From: Anaerolineales bacterium
GTDB taxonomy: Bacteria; Chloroflexota; Anaerolineae; Anaerolineales; Villigracilaceae
Direction of reading: 5' to 3'
NCBI GenBank assembly: GCA_034435275.1
Contig: DAOTXP010000014.1
Coordinates: forward strand, 300 to 64,299
DNA: 64,000 bases
Made by a program: the position numbers and the translations under genes. Below are positions 19,134 to 27,038 of this stretch, in pieces. How positions within the stretch are numbered: the stretch's first letter is position 1; each line of letters starts with the position of its first letter. The notes under the pieces were generated by a model. That model saw only the letters and a list, made by a program, of their open reading frames with translations. It did no database searches and was not told where the DNA came from.

Positions 19134-22100
19134 ATGCACCGCCGCCTCCTGATCCTCACCCGCGACACGCGCCTTCCCCTCCTTTCCACGATTCTCTCTG
19201 GACTTCTGGCTGGCTGGCTGACCATTGGACAGGCCTGGCTCCTCAGCAGTGTGATCAACGCGGTCTTTCTCGAGGGACAGAATCTGGCGCAAGTGACAAG
19301 TCCGCTCGCGTTGATCCTCACCATCATCGGCGGACGCGCTCTGCTGACATGGCTTAACGAGGTCTCGGCCAACGCGGTCGCGGTGAAAATCAAAACCGAC
19401 CTGCGCGAGCGCCTCTTCGCGCATATCCTCCGCCTCGGTCCCGCCTATGCGCGCGGACAACGCACAGGCGAACTCACCGCCGCCGCGGTCGAAGGAATCG
19501 AAGCGCTGGACTCGTATTTCAGCCAGTACCTGCCGCAACTGGTTGTCACTGCACTCGTCCCCATTTCCATTTTATTTTTCGTCTTCCCCATTGACCTGCT
19601 CACGGGCTTCGTCTTCCTCCTCACCGCGCCGCTGATTCCCTTCTTCATGATCATGATCGGCAAAGGCGCGGAGATCGTCACCAAACGCCAATATGAGACC
19701 CTGCGCCTGCTCAGCGCCCATTTCCTCGACAGTTTGCAGGGACTGACCACCCTCAAACTCTTCGGCCAGTCGAAAGCCCACGCCAAAAACATCGCCAACG
19801 TCAGCGATCGGTTCCGAGAGGTGACATTGAACGTTTTACGCATTACGTTTTTGTCCGCCCTCGCCCTCGAACTACTGGCCACCCTCAGCACCGCCATCGT
19901 CGCCGTGGAGATCGGCTTCCGCCTCCTTTACAACCGAATGGAATTCCAGCCTGCGCTCTTCCTGCTCGTCCTCGCGCCCGAATTCTACATGCCTCTGCGC
20001 GCCCTCGGCGCAAGGTTCCACGCCGGGATGTCGGGAACAACAGCGGCGAAACGAATTTACGAAATATTGGATACGCCCATTCCTGCGTCAAAGGTCACAG
20101 GTCAAATGTCACAAGTTTCCGACCTTCAACCTTCGACCTTTGACCTTCGACTTGAAAACGTCTCCTTCACCTACCCCCACGAATCGGCGCCCGCCCTCGA
20201 AAACATCAACCTGACCATTCAACACGGCCAGCACATCGCCCTCGTCGGCAAAACGGGAGCGGGAAAATCCACGCTCGTCCATTTGCTGTTGGGATTTATC
20301 CAGCCTTCGTCTGGTGAAATTCGAATACAGGTAGACACGGAGACAGGTACACAGGTAGACAGGTACACAGGTACACGATCGCCAACCGACCTTCATCTTT
20401 CATCTTTCATCCTTCATCCTTCATTCATCGCCTGGGTCCCCCAACGCCCCCACCTCTTCCATGACACCATCGCCGCCAACATCCGTCTTGGCAAACCCGA
20501 TGCCACCGACGAGGAAGTCATTCACGCCGCCAAAGCCGCGCACCTGCACGACTTCATTGAAACCCTCCCCGACAAATACGAGACCGTCATCGGCGAAGGC
20601 GGCGCGCGTCTCTCCAGCGGACAGGCCCAGCGCCTCGCCCTCGCCCGTGCCTTCCTCGTGGACGCTCCTCTCCTTCTCCTCGACGAACCCACCTCCAGCC
20701 TCGACCCTGAGACCGAATCCCTCCTCGAAGAATCCACCCGCCGCCTCATGCAGGGACGCACCGTCCTCACCATCGCGCATCGCCTCAACACCATCTTCCG
20801 CGCCGACCAAATCATTGTCCTCGATGAAGGCAAAATCGTCGAACAAGGCGCGCATGGGGAACTCATACAACAAAAGGGTGTGTACGCGGAGATGGTAAAA
20901 ACGTATCAAGGTGAAAATACAGAGTCAAAAGTCGAAAATCAAAAGTCGGGGGCTTCCGACCTGCGACCTGCGACCTGCGACCGCCAATTACCCATCACTA
21001 ATTACCAATTACCGTCCAATCCCCAATTACCAATCGCCAATTACCAATCGTCAATCGTCAATCGTAAATCCCAAATCCTCCCCCGCCTCCTCGCCTTCCT
21101 CGAGGGCAACTGGCATCTCGTGGCCCTCTCCATCCTGCTCGGCGCGGGGACCATCGGCGCCAGCATCGCGCTCATGGGCACCTCCGCATGGCTCATCTCC
21201 ACTGCCGCGCTACATCCCTCGATTGCCGATCTCGGCGTCTCGGTCGTCGGCGTACGATTCTTCGGCATTGCCCGCGCCGTCTTCCGCTATACAGAGCGCC
21301 TCGTCTCGCACGATGTCACATTTCGATTACTTTCACACCTGCGCGTCTGGTTCTACGAAAAACTGGAACCCCTCGCTCCCGCCCGCCTGATGGAGTTTCG
21401 CGCCGGCGACTTGCTGGCGCGCATCGTCGGCGATGTGGAGACGCTGGAAAACTTCTACGTGCGCGTCGTCTCCCCGCCGCTGACTGCCGCCCTCGTTGGC
21501 CTCTTCACCGCCCTCTTTCTCGCCTCATTCGACCCCGCGCTGGCTCCCGTTTACCTGACCTTTTTCCTCGCCCTCGGCCTGTTCCTGCCCCTCCTCGCGC
21601 AGACAACCAGCCGCCGTCCCGCCGCGCAGACCATCTCCCTGCGCGCCGACCTCCACTCCCGCCTCGTGGACGGCATCCAGGGCATGGCCGACCTGCTTGC
21701 CTATGGCCGCGGCGGAGAACGACTGAAGCAAATTGCATCCACAAGCAACAACTACGGCAACGCCCAACGCCGCATGGCGCGCGTGACAGGCATCCATTCC
21801 GCCCTTTCCACTCTGCTGACCAACCTCGGCATGTGGACGGTGCTTTATTTGTGCATCCCGCTGGCCGTATCGGGTGAACTGGCTGGCCCCATGCTTGCCT
21901 CATTGACTCTGCTGACCTTCGCCTCCTTCGAAGCCGTCACTCCCCTGCCCCTCGCCGCGCAGATGTGGAACGCCTCGCGCGAGGCAGCAAAGCGATTGTT
22001 TGAGGCCGTGGATACGCAGCCAGTGATCAGTGATCGGTTATCAGCGCCCAGTGAACAACCGCAGAGCGCCAATTACCAATTACAAATTACCGACTTGACA

Positions 22101-22811
22101 TTCACCTACCCCAACACCTCCACCCCCGCCCTCGACCGCGTGACCTTCGACCTTCAACCCGGCAAGTCCATCGCCATCGTCGGGCCGAGCGGCGCCGGGA
22201 AGAGTACGATCGCCAATCTACTGCTGCGCTTTTGGGAGTACGAGTCGGGCGAGATCCGTTTGGGCGGCGAATCGCTCCAAGCGCTGAATCAGGACGAGGT
22301 CCGCGCGCGAATCGGGCTCATCTCGCAGAACGCGTATTTCTTCAACGCATCCGTCCGCGAGAATTTGCGCTTCGCGCGGCGCGGGGTCACGCAGGAGGAG
22401 ATCGAGGAGGCGGCGCGGTCCGCGCAAATTCACGATTTTATTTTGAGCCTGCCGAAGGGCTACGATACATTGATCGGCGAGCAGGGACTCAGACTCTCGG
22501 GCGGCGAACGTCAGCGGCTGGCGATTGCGCGCGCCATCATTAAAGACGCGCCGATTTTGATTTTGGACGAACCCACCGCCAACCTCGACGCGTTGACCGA
22601 AAAACAAATTCTCGAAACCCTGTTCGCCTTGATGAAGCGCAAGACATCCCTGCTCATCACCCACCGCCTGGTGGGGTTGGAAAATGTGGATGAAATTCTC
22701 GTGCTGCATCATGGCCGCATCGTCGAACGCGGCGCGCAGGCGGATTTGCTGGCGCGCGGCAGGTTGTACCGCAGATTGTGGGATTTGCAAAATCGCATCT
22801 TTGAGGCATAA
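19134..22811 (+). CDS. cydDC: Fused CydD-CydC thiol-reductant ABC exporter (two TMD-NBD halves in one ORF)
   Basis: Two Walker A motifs (GKTGAGKST, GPSGAGKST), two ABC signatures (LSSGQAQR, LSGGERQR) and two Walker B motifs (LLLLDEPTS, ILILDEPTA). Sits directly after cydAB. The ATG at 19134 (MHRRLL...) is preferred over the TTG at 19113. Confidence 0.85.
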   Translation: MHRRLLILTRDTRLPLLSTILSGLLAGWLTIGQAWLLSSVINAVFLEGQNLAQVTSPLALILTIIGGRALLTWLNEVSANAVAVKIKTDLRERLFAHILRLGPAYARGQRTGELTAAAVEGIEALDSYFSQYLPQLVVTALVPISILFFVFPIDLLTGFVFLLTAPLIPFFMIMIGKGAEIVTKRQYETLRLLSAHFLDSLQGLTTLKLFGQSKAHAKNIANVSDRFREVTLNVLRITFLSALALELLATLSTAIVAVEIGFRLLYNRMEFQPALFLLVLAPEFYMPLRALGARFHAGMSGTTAAKRIYEILDTPIPASKVTGQMSQVSDLQPSTFDLRLENVSFTYPHESAPALENINLTIQHGQHIALVGKTGAGKSTLVHLLLGFIQPSSGEIRIQVDTETGTQVDRYTGTRSPTDLHLSSFILHPSFIAWVPQRPHLFHDTIAANIRLGKPDATDEEVIHAAKAAHLHDFIETLPDKYETVIGEGGARLSSGQAQRLALARAFLVDAPLLLLDEPTSSLDPETESLLEESTRRLMQGRTVLTIAHRLNTIFRADQIIVLDEGKIVEQGAHGELIQQKGVYAEMVKTYQGENTESKVENQKSGASDLRPATCDRQLPITNYQLPSNPQLPIANYQSSIVNRKSQILPRLLAFLEGNWHLVALSILLGAGTIGASIALMGTSAWLISTAALHPSIADLGVSVVGVRFFGIARAVFRYTERLVSHDVTFRLLSHLRVWFYEKLEPLAPARLMEFRAGDLLARIVGDVETLENFYVRVVSPPLTAALVGLFTALFLASFDPALAPVYLTFFLALGLFLPLLAQTTSRRPAAQTISLRADLHSRLVDGIQGMADLLAYGRGGERLKQIASTSNNYGNAQRRMARVTGIHSALSTLLTNLGMWTVLYLCIPLAVSGELAGPMLASLTLLTFASFEAVTPLPLAAQMWNASREAAKRLFEAVDTQPVISDRLSAPSEQPQSANYQLQITDLTFTYPNTSTPALDRVTFDLQPGKSIAIVGPSGAGKSTIANLLLRFWEYESGEIRLGGESLQALNQDEVRARIGLISQNAYFFNASVRENLRFARRGVTQEEIEEAARSAQIHDFILSLPKGYDTLIGEQGLRLSGGERQRLAIARAIIKDAPILILDEPTANLDALTEKQILETLFALMKRKTSLLITHRLVGLENVDEILVLHHGRIVERGAQADLLARGRLYRRLWDLQNRIFEA
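20091..20155 (+). repeat. In-frame heptanucleotide repeat block i (TMD1/NBD1 junction)
   Basis: aggtcac aggtcaa atgtcac ... gaccttc(20121) aaccttc gaccttt gaccttc gacttga. Confidence 0.8.
20326..20429 (+). repeat. In-frame short tandem repeat block ii (inside NBD1, after Walker A)
   Basis: Six 8-nt units of caggtaga/caggtaca, then five 7-nt units of ttcatcy (20392-20426). Confidence 0.85.
20911..21078 (+). repeat. In-frame heptanucleotide repeat block iii (CydD/CydC fusion junction)
   Basis: Three copies of cgacctg (20957-20977). Eight 7-nt units ccaatta/ccaatcg/tcaatcg/taaatcc/caaatcc (21023-21078). Confidence 0.85.
22021..22092 (+). repeat. In-frame heptanucleotide repeat block iv (TMD2/NBD2 junction)
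   Basis: cagtgat cagtgat cggttat cagcgcc cagtgaa ... ccaatta ccaatta caaatta. Confidence 0.75.
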
Positions 22812-22843
22812 TTTGCCCATCACCTATATTGTGGAGGGCTGGA

Positions 22844-23410
22844 ATGACCAAAAGCCGAAAACAGCGCAAGGCCAAAAAACTAGCGCGCGGACAAGCTAAA
22901 AAGGACGCCAAACCTTTGGTTGCCAGGAGAGGCTCGCGCGTGTGGTCGTTCAACCACTTTCGCTCGGTTGTGCTTACCCGCCTGCTCGATGACCTCTATA
23001 ATCTGGAGCAAAGTGGAATCAAGGACGAGTATTGCCAGAAGATCACCGCGGCGCTGAACTACTTCGGAAATGCCGCCACGGACATCCCTTCGGCCGCTCC
23101 GCTCCTGGGACCCATCTACAAGGATATCGAGAAATTCACGGAACTTTACCAGAGATGGAACGACGTGAAAGGAAAGGATGCAGATAAAGTGGAGGAGCGC
23201 CGCGCTCTGCGCCTGAAACTGAAAGCCCAGCGTCACCACATCACCAACAAGGCGCGTAAATTGCAGGTCGCTATTGACGAGAAACTGGATGCAAAACTGC
23301 TCGAGGCAGGTTACCAGGCCTTGGCGGGATTGATCACGGCCGTGCCCGACCTGTTCAGCGGACTTGGCAAAGCCTTAACCGCCTATGCAAAACGAGGCGG
23401 CACTTCCTGA
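22844..23410 (+). CDS. Hypothetical protein with a Lys/Arg-rich N-terminus
   Basis: The ATG at 22844 follows ggaggg. MTKSRKQRKAKKLARGQAKKDAK..., with a helical or coiled-coil-looking remainder. No family recognised. Confidence 0.5.
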   Translation: MTKSRKQRKAKKLARGQAKKDAKPLVARRGSRVWSFNHFRSVVLTRLLDDLYNLEQSGIKDEYCQKITAALNYFGNAATDIPSAAPLLGPIYKDIEKFTELYQRWNDVKGKDADKVEERRALRLKLKAQRHHITNKARKLQVAIDEKLDAKLLEAGYQALAGLITAVPDLFSGLGKALTAYAKRGGTS

Positions 23411-23419
23411 GAAACCTGC

Positions 23420-23448
23420 TTGCATCACCCGAATGAGCGTGCTATAAT
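23420..23448 (+). promoter_or_regulatory. Near-consensus sigma-70-type promoter upstream of rho
   Basis: TTGCAT (23420-23425), a 17-nt spacer, then TATAAT (23443-23448). Confidence 0.5.
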
Positions 23449-23645
23449 GCAGTCAACATCCCCGATTCTTTACAACCCAGACTCGCCCCGTTTTTGCAGG
23501 CCTGCCTCCTTGCCGGGTCGCGAGCCACCCCACTAAATTTGAAAGAAATTCCCTCATCACACAATCTCTGAATCGAAACTTCCGCCCATGCCTGGGGGCA
23601 TAGGCCATCTTGACATTCCCAACTCAAACCCAAGTGGAAGGAAAC

Positions 23646-24923
23646 ATGAACATTCTCGAACTCGAAAACGAACCTCTGGCAAAACTGCGCGCCCTCGGCA
23701 GAGACCTGAACGTCCAGAATGCAAATCGCATGAAAAAGGAAGCCTTAATCATACGCATTCGTCAGGCTGAAGCCGAAAAGGAGGGCGTCGAAGTGCGCGG
23801 CGGAATCCTCGAGATCATGAACGAGGGCATCGGCTTCCTGCGTTCCGAGAACTACCGCATCAGCGATACCGACGTGTACGTCTCGCAGGCACAACTCCGC
23901 CGCTACGACCTGCGTTCGGGAGACCTGATCATCGGGCCGGCGCGTCCGCCGCGTGAGTCGGAACGTCATTACGGCCTGCTCAAAGTCGAGACGGTCAACG
24001 GCGTGGACCCCGAGGAGGCGCGCCGCAGACCGAACTTCGAAAACCAGACCCCGATCTTCCCGGACCAGCGGTTCGACCTCGAGACGAATCACGACTCGCT
24101 GGCCCCGCGCATGATCAACCTGATCGCACCCATCGGCCGCGGCCAGCGCGGACTCATCGTCTCGCCACCCAAAGCGGGGAAAACAACCATCCTGAAGCAA
24201 ATCGCCAATTCGATTTCAACCAAATATCCGGACGTTCACCTGATGGTCGCATTGATCGGCGAGCGCCCCGAGGAAGTGACCGACATGGATCGCTCCGTGG
24301 ACGCCGAGGTCATCGCCTCCACCTTCGACGAGCCGGTCACCTCGCACGTCCGCACCGCCGAGATCGCATTAGACCGGGCTAAGCGCCTGGTGGAGATCGG
24401 CCGCCACGTGGTAATCTTAATGGACTCGATCACCCGCCTGGCGCGCGCTTACAATTTGGTCGTCAACCCGTCCGGCCGCACACTTTCGGGCGGCATGGAT
24501 CCCTCGGCGTTGTACCCGCCGAAACGTTTCTTCGGCGCGGCGCGTAACATCGAAGAAGGCGGTTCGCTGACCATCATCGCCACCTGCCTCGTGGACACCG
24601 GCTCACGGTTGGATGATGTCGTCTATGAAGAGTTCAAAGGCACTGGCAACATGGAACTGCACCTCAGCCGCCGATTGCAGGAACGCCGCATCTTCCCGGC
24701 TGTGGACATCGAGCGCTCGTCCACCCGCCGCGAAGATCTTCTGCTCGGCCCCGACCTGCTTCAGCGTGTCTGGCTCATGCGCCGCATGTACATTCAGATG
24801 ACGGCGCCGCAACCGCAGGGCGCGGGCATGGATCCCGCCGTGGCCACCGAGGCGATCATCAACCGCATGATCAAGTCGCGCAACAACGAGGAGTTCCTCA
24901 AGACGCTCACCGACGATCTATGA
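23646..24923 (+). CDS. rho: Transcription termination factor Rho
   Basis: N-terminal MNILELENEPLAKLRALGRDLNV, the RNA-binding region GILEIMNEGIGFLR, and Walker A PPKAGKTT. The ATG at 23646 follows ggaagga. Confidence 0.95.
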   Translation: MNILELENEPLAKLRALGRDLNVQNANRMKKEALIIRIRQAEAEKEGVEVRGGILEIMNEGIGFLRSENYRISDTDVYVSQAQLRRYDLRSGDLIIGPARPPRESERHYGLLKVETVNGVDPEEARRRPNFENQTPIFPDQRFDLETNHDSLAPRMINLIAPIGRGQRGLIVSPPKAGKTTILKQIANSISTKYPDVHLMVALIGERPEEVTDMDRSVDAEVIASTFDEPVTSHVRTAEIALDRAKRLVEIGRHVVILMDSITRLARAYNLVVNPSGRTLSGGMDPSALYPPKRFFGAARNIEEGGSLTIIATCLVDTGSRLDDVVYEEFKGTGNMELHLSRRLQERRIFPAVDIERSSTRREDLLLGPDLLQRVWLMRRMYIQMTAPQPQGAGMDPAVATEAIINRMIKSRNNEEFLKTLTDDL

Positions 24924-25978
24924 TCGAAAAATTTCTGACGTTCTGGAATAACAATCGCTTCAACATCCTCGCCTGGCTGGTGACCGCGCTCGTCGTGGCC
25001 GCGCTGCTGGGCGGGACCTTCGCGTGGACCCGCTCCTCGGCTGCCGCCCCGGCCATGGTCCCGCAGCCGACCGCCGCGCCGGACGAGAATCCGCCCGCGG
25101 TGGAAGCGCCATCCGCGGTCGCCGCCGGCAGTTCATCCCCGGCCATCGAGCGCAGGATCCAATTGGAAACGAACATTCCAGAACGGCCGCGCTACAAAGT
25201 AGTCACGTATACCGTGAGGCGCGGCGATTCGGTTTTTGCGATTGCCAGGAACTTCGAGATCGAACCCGAAACCTTGCTATGGGCCAATTACGACACACTG
25301 CAAGATGACCCGCACAGCCTGAAACCTGGCATGGTGCTGAATATCCCGCCGACCGATGGAATCTACTATCAGTGGAAGGAAGGCGATTCGGTCGAATCGG
25401 TGGCGGCGGACTTCGACGCGGAGGCCGAGGCGATCCTCAGCTGGCCGGGCAACGACATTGACCTGACCGACCCCACCATCCCGCCCGGCACCTGGGTGAT
25501 GGTGCCCGGCGGCGCGCGTGAGTTCGTGCAGTGGATCATTCCCACCATCGCGGGCGACAACTCTGGCACATCCTCTGTTGGCGGTAGTTCCTGCGGGGGC
25601 GGCGCAGTTGGCTCGATCACCAACTGGCCCACAGACAATCATTATCTCTCCGGCAACGATTACTGGTCCGGCCACCTGGCCATTGACCTGGCCGCGGGCG
25701 AAGGCGCGCCAGTCTACGCGGCCGGTGCAGGCGTGGTGACCATGGCCCAGGGCGGCTACAACTATGGGTATGGCAACGTCATCCAAATCGACCATGGGAA
25801 CGGTTACGTCACCTTGTACGCTCACCTGAGCGTCATCGGCGTGAGTGTTTGCGAAAGCGTCGGCCCCGGTCAATGGATCGGCGCGGCGGGCAACACCGGC
25901 AACTCGCAGGGCGCGCATTTGCACTTCGAGGTGCGCCTGAACGGCGGCTTCGTCAACCCCTGGTCCGTGCTTCCGTAA
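24920..25978 (+). CDS. Membrane-anchored LysM + M23 peptidase
   Basis: The ATG overlaps the rho stop (ATGA). It has an N-terminal TM segment. LysM-like segments include YTVRRGDSVFAIARNF and YQWKEGDSVESVAADF. M23 motifs are GHLAIDLAAGEGAPVYAAGAG and GNTGNSQGAHLHFEVRL. Confidence 0.8.
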   Translation: MIEKFLTFWNNNRFNILAWLVTALVVAALLGGTFAWTRSSAAAPAMVPQPTAAPDENPPAVEAPSAVAAGSSSPAIERRIQLETNIPERPRYKVVTYTVRRGDSVFAIARNFEIEPETLLWANYDTLQDDPHSLKPGMVLNIPPTDGIYYQWKEGDSVESVAADFDAEAEAILSWPGNDIDLTDPTIPPGTWVMVPGGAREFVQWIIPTIAGDNSGTSSVGGSSCGGGAVGSITNWPTDNHYLSGNDYWSGHLAIDLAAGEGAPVYAAGAGVVTMAQGGYNYGYGNVIQIDHGNGYVTLYAHLSVIGVSVCESVGPGQWIGAAGNTGNSQGAHLHFEVRLNGGFVNPWSVLP

Positions 25979-26751
25979 TGGAACAGGAGTATCGCGAGGC
26001 GCTCGCCTCTCTTCCCATTTCTTCCATCCGTTTTTTCCAACAGATCGGTTCCACCAACGACGAGGCCCTGCAATGGGCATCCGAGGGCGCGCCCGACTTG
26101 TCCCTCGTCATCGCCGAGGAGCAGACGAAAGGCCGCGGCCGTGCGGGACGAAAATGGTCCACCCCGCCCGGAACGGCGCTTGCCTTCAGCTTGATCCTGC
26201 GCCCCGCGGCAACCGACGCTGTTTCCCCTTCCCTCTTGACCGGCCTGGGCGCGCTGGCGCTGGTTGATGCGCTCAATTCGCACGGGTTCTCGCCGCAGAT
26301 CAAATGGCCCAATGATGTTTTGCTGGGAGGGAAAAAGGCGGCCGGGATTCTGGTCGAGTCAGCATGGACGGGAGAAAAAATGGACTATGCTGTGGTCGGC
26401 GTCGGCGTCAACGTCAAACCCGGGTCCGTACCGCCGCCTGAGGAGGTCTCCTTTCCCGCCGTGTGCGTGGAGGCCGAACTCGGCCAGCCGGTGGATCGCG
26501 CCATCCTGCTGCGCGATATCCTCTTCTCAATGGCGGCGTGGCGGGGAAAGATGGGGAAGCCGGCATTCATCAGGGCCTGGGAACAGCACCTGGCGTTCAA
26601 AGAGAAAACCGTTCATGTTTGGGCAGAAAACAGATCCCCATTGATTGGCCACATCCTGGGTCTGGAATCCAACGGCGGTCTTCGTCTCCGCACAAATGAC
26701 AAAACCGTTACGGTACAATTTGGGGAGGTACATCTGCGTCCGGGGCTATGA
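25978..26751 (+). CDS. birA: Biotin-[acetyl-CoA-carboxylase] ligase, class I (no HTH domain)
   Basis: IGSTNDEAL and QTKGRGRAGRKWSTPPG (the GRGRxGR motif). The ATG at 25978 overlaps the upstream TAA. The ORF-track extension from 25849 is rejected. Confidence 0.85.
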   Translation: MEQEYREALASLPISSIRFFQQIGSTNDEALQWASEGAPDLSLVIAEEQTKGRGRAGRKWSTPPGTALAFSLILRPAATDAVSPSLLTGLGALALVDALNSHGFSPQIKWPNDVLLGGKKAAGILVESAWTGEKMDYAVVGVGVNVKPGSVPPPEEVSFPAVCVEAELGQPVDRAILLRDILFSMAAWRGKMGKPAFIRAWEQHLAFKEKTVHVWAENRSPLIGHILGLESNGGLRLRTNDKTVTVQFGEVHLRPGL

Positions 26752-26775
26752 TATACTCTCAAAAACGAGGTGAAA

Positions 26776-26994
26776 ATGTTTGACGGTCTGCGCGAGGATG
26801 CGTCCACCAGTCAGTTCGAAGAACCCCAAGAGTTCTTTCCAGAGAGCCGGTCGGTCGGTACGCGGCGTCGCAGACGCGGCCGCTTTCTCGGCATGACCGC
26901 CATGCAGAGGTTCATCATCGCCGTGTTCCTCATGCTCGTCACCTGCATGGGGGGAGGCATGTGCCTGCTGTTGACCGGCAGGTTTGCGCTCTGA
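26776..26994 (+). CDS. Small hypothetical membrane protein
   Basis: The ATG follows gaggtg. One C-terminal TM helix (FIIAVFLMLVTCMGGGMCLLL) follows an Arg-rich patch. Confidence 0.4.
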   Translation: MFDGLREDASTSQFEEPQEFFPESRSVGTRRRRRGRFLGMTAMQRFIIAVFLMLVTCMGGGMCLLLTGRFAL

Positions 26995-27002
26995 ACCTCG
27001 AG

Positions 27003-27038
27003 AACACCAGTCCCCGGCAATTGCCGGGGACTGGTGTT
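27003..27038. terminator. Bidirectional perfect hairpin between convergent genes
   Basis: aacaccagtccccggcaattgccggggactggtgtt is a perfect palindromic stem. Confidence 0.65.
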
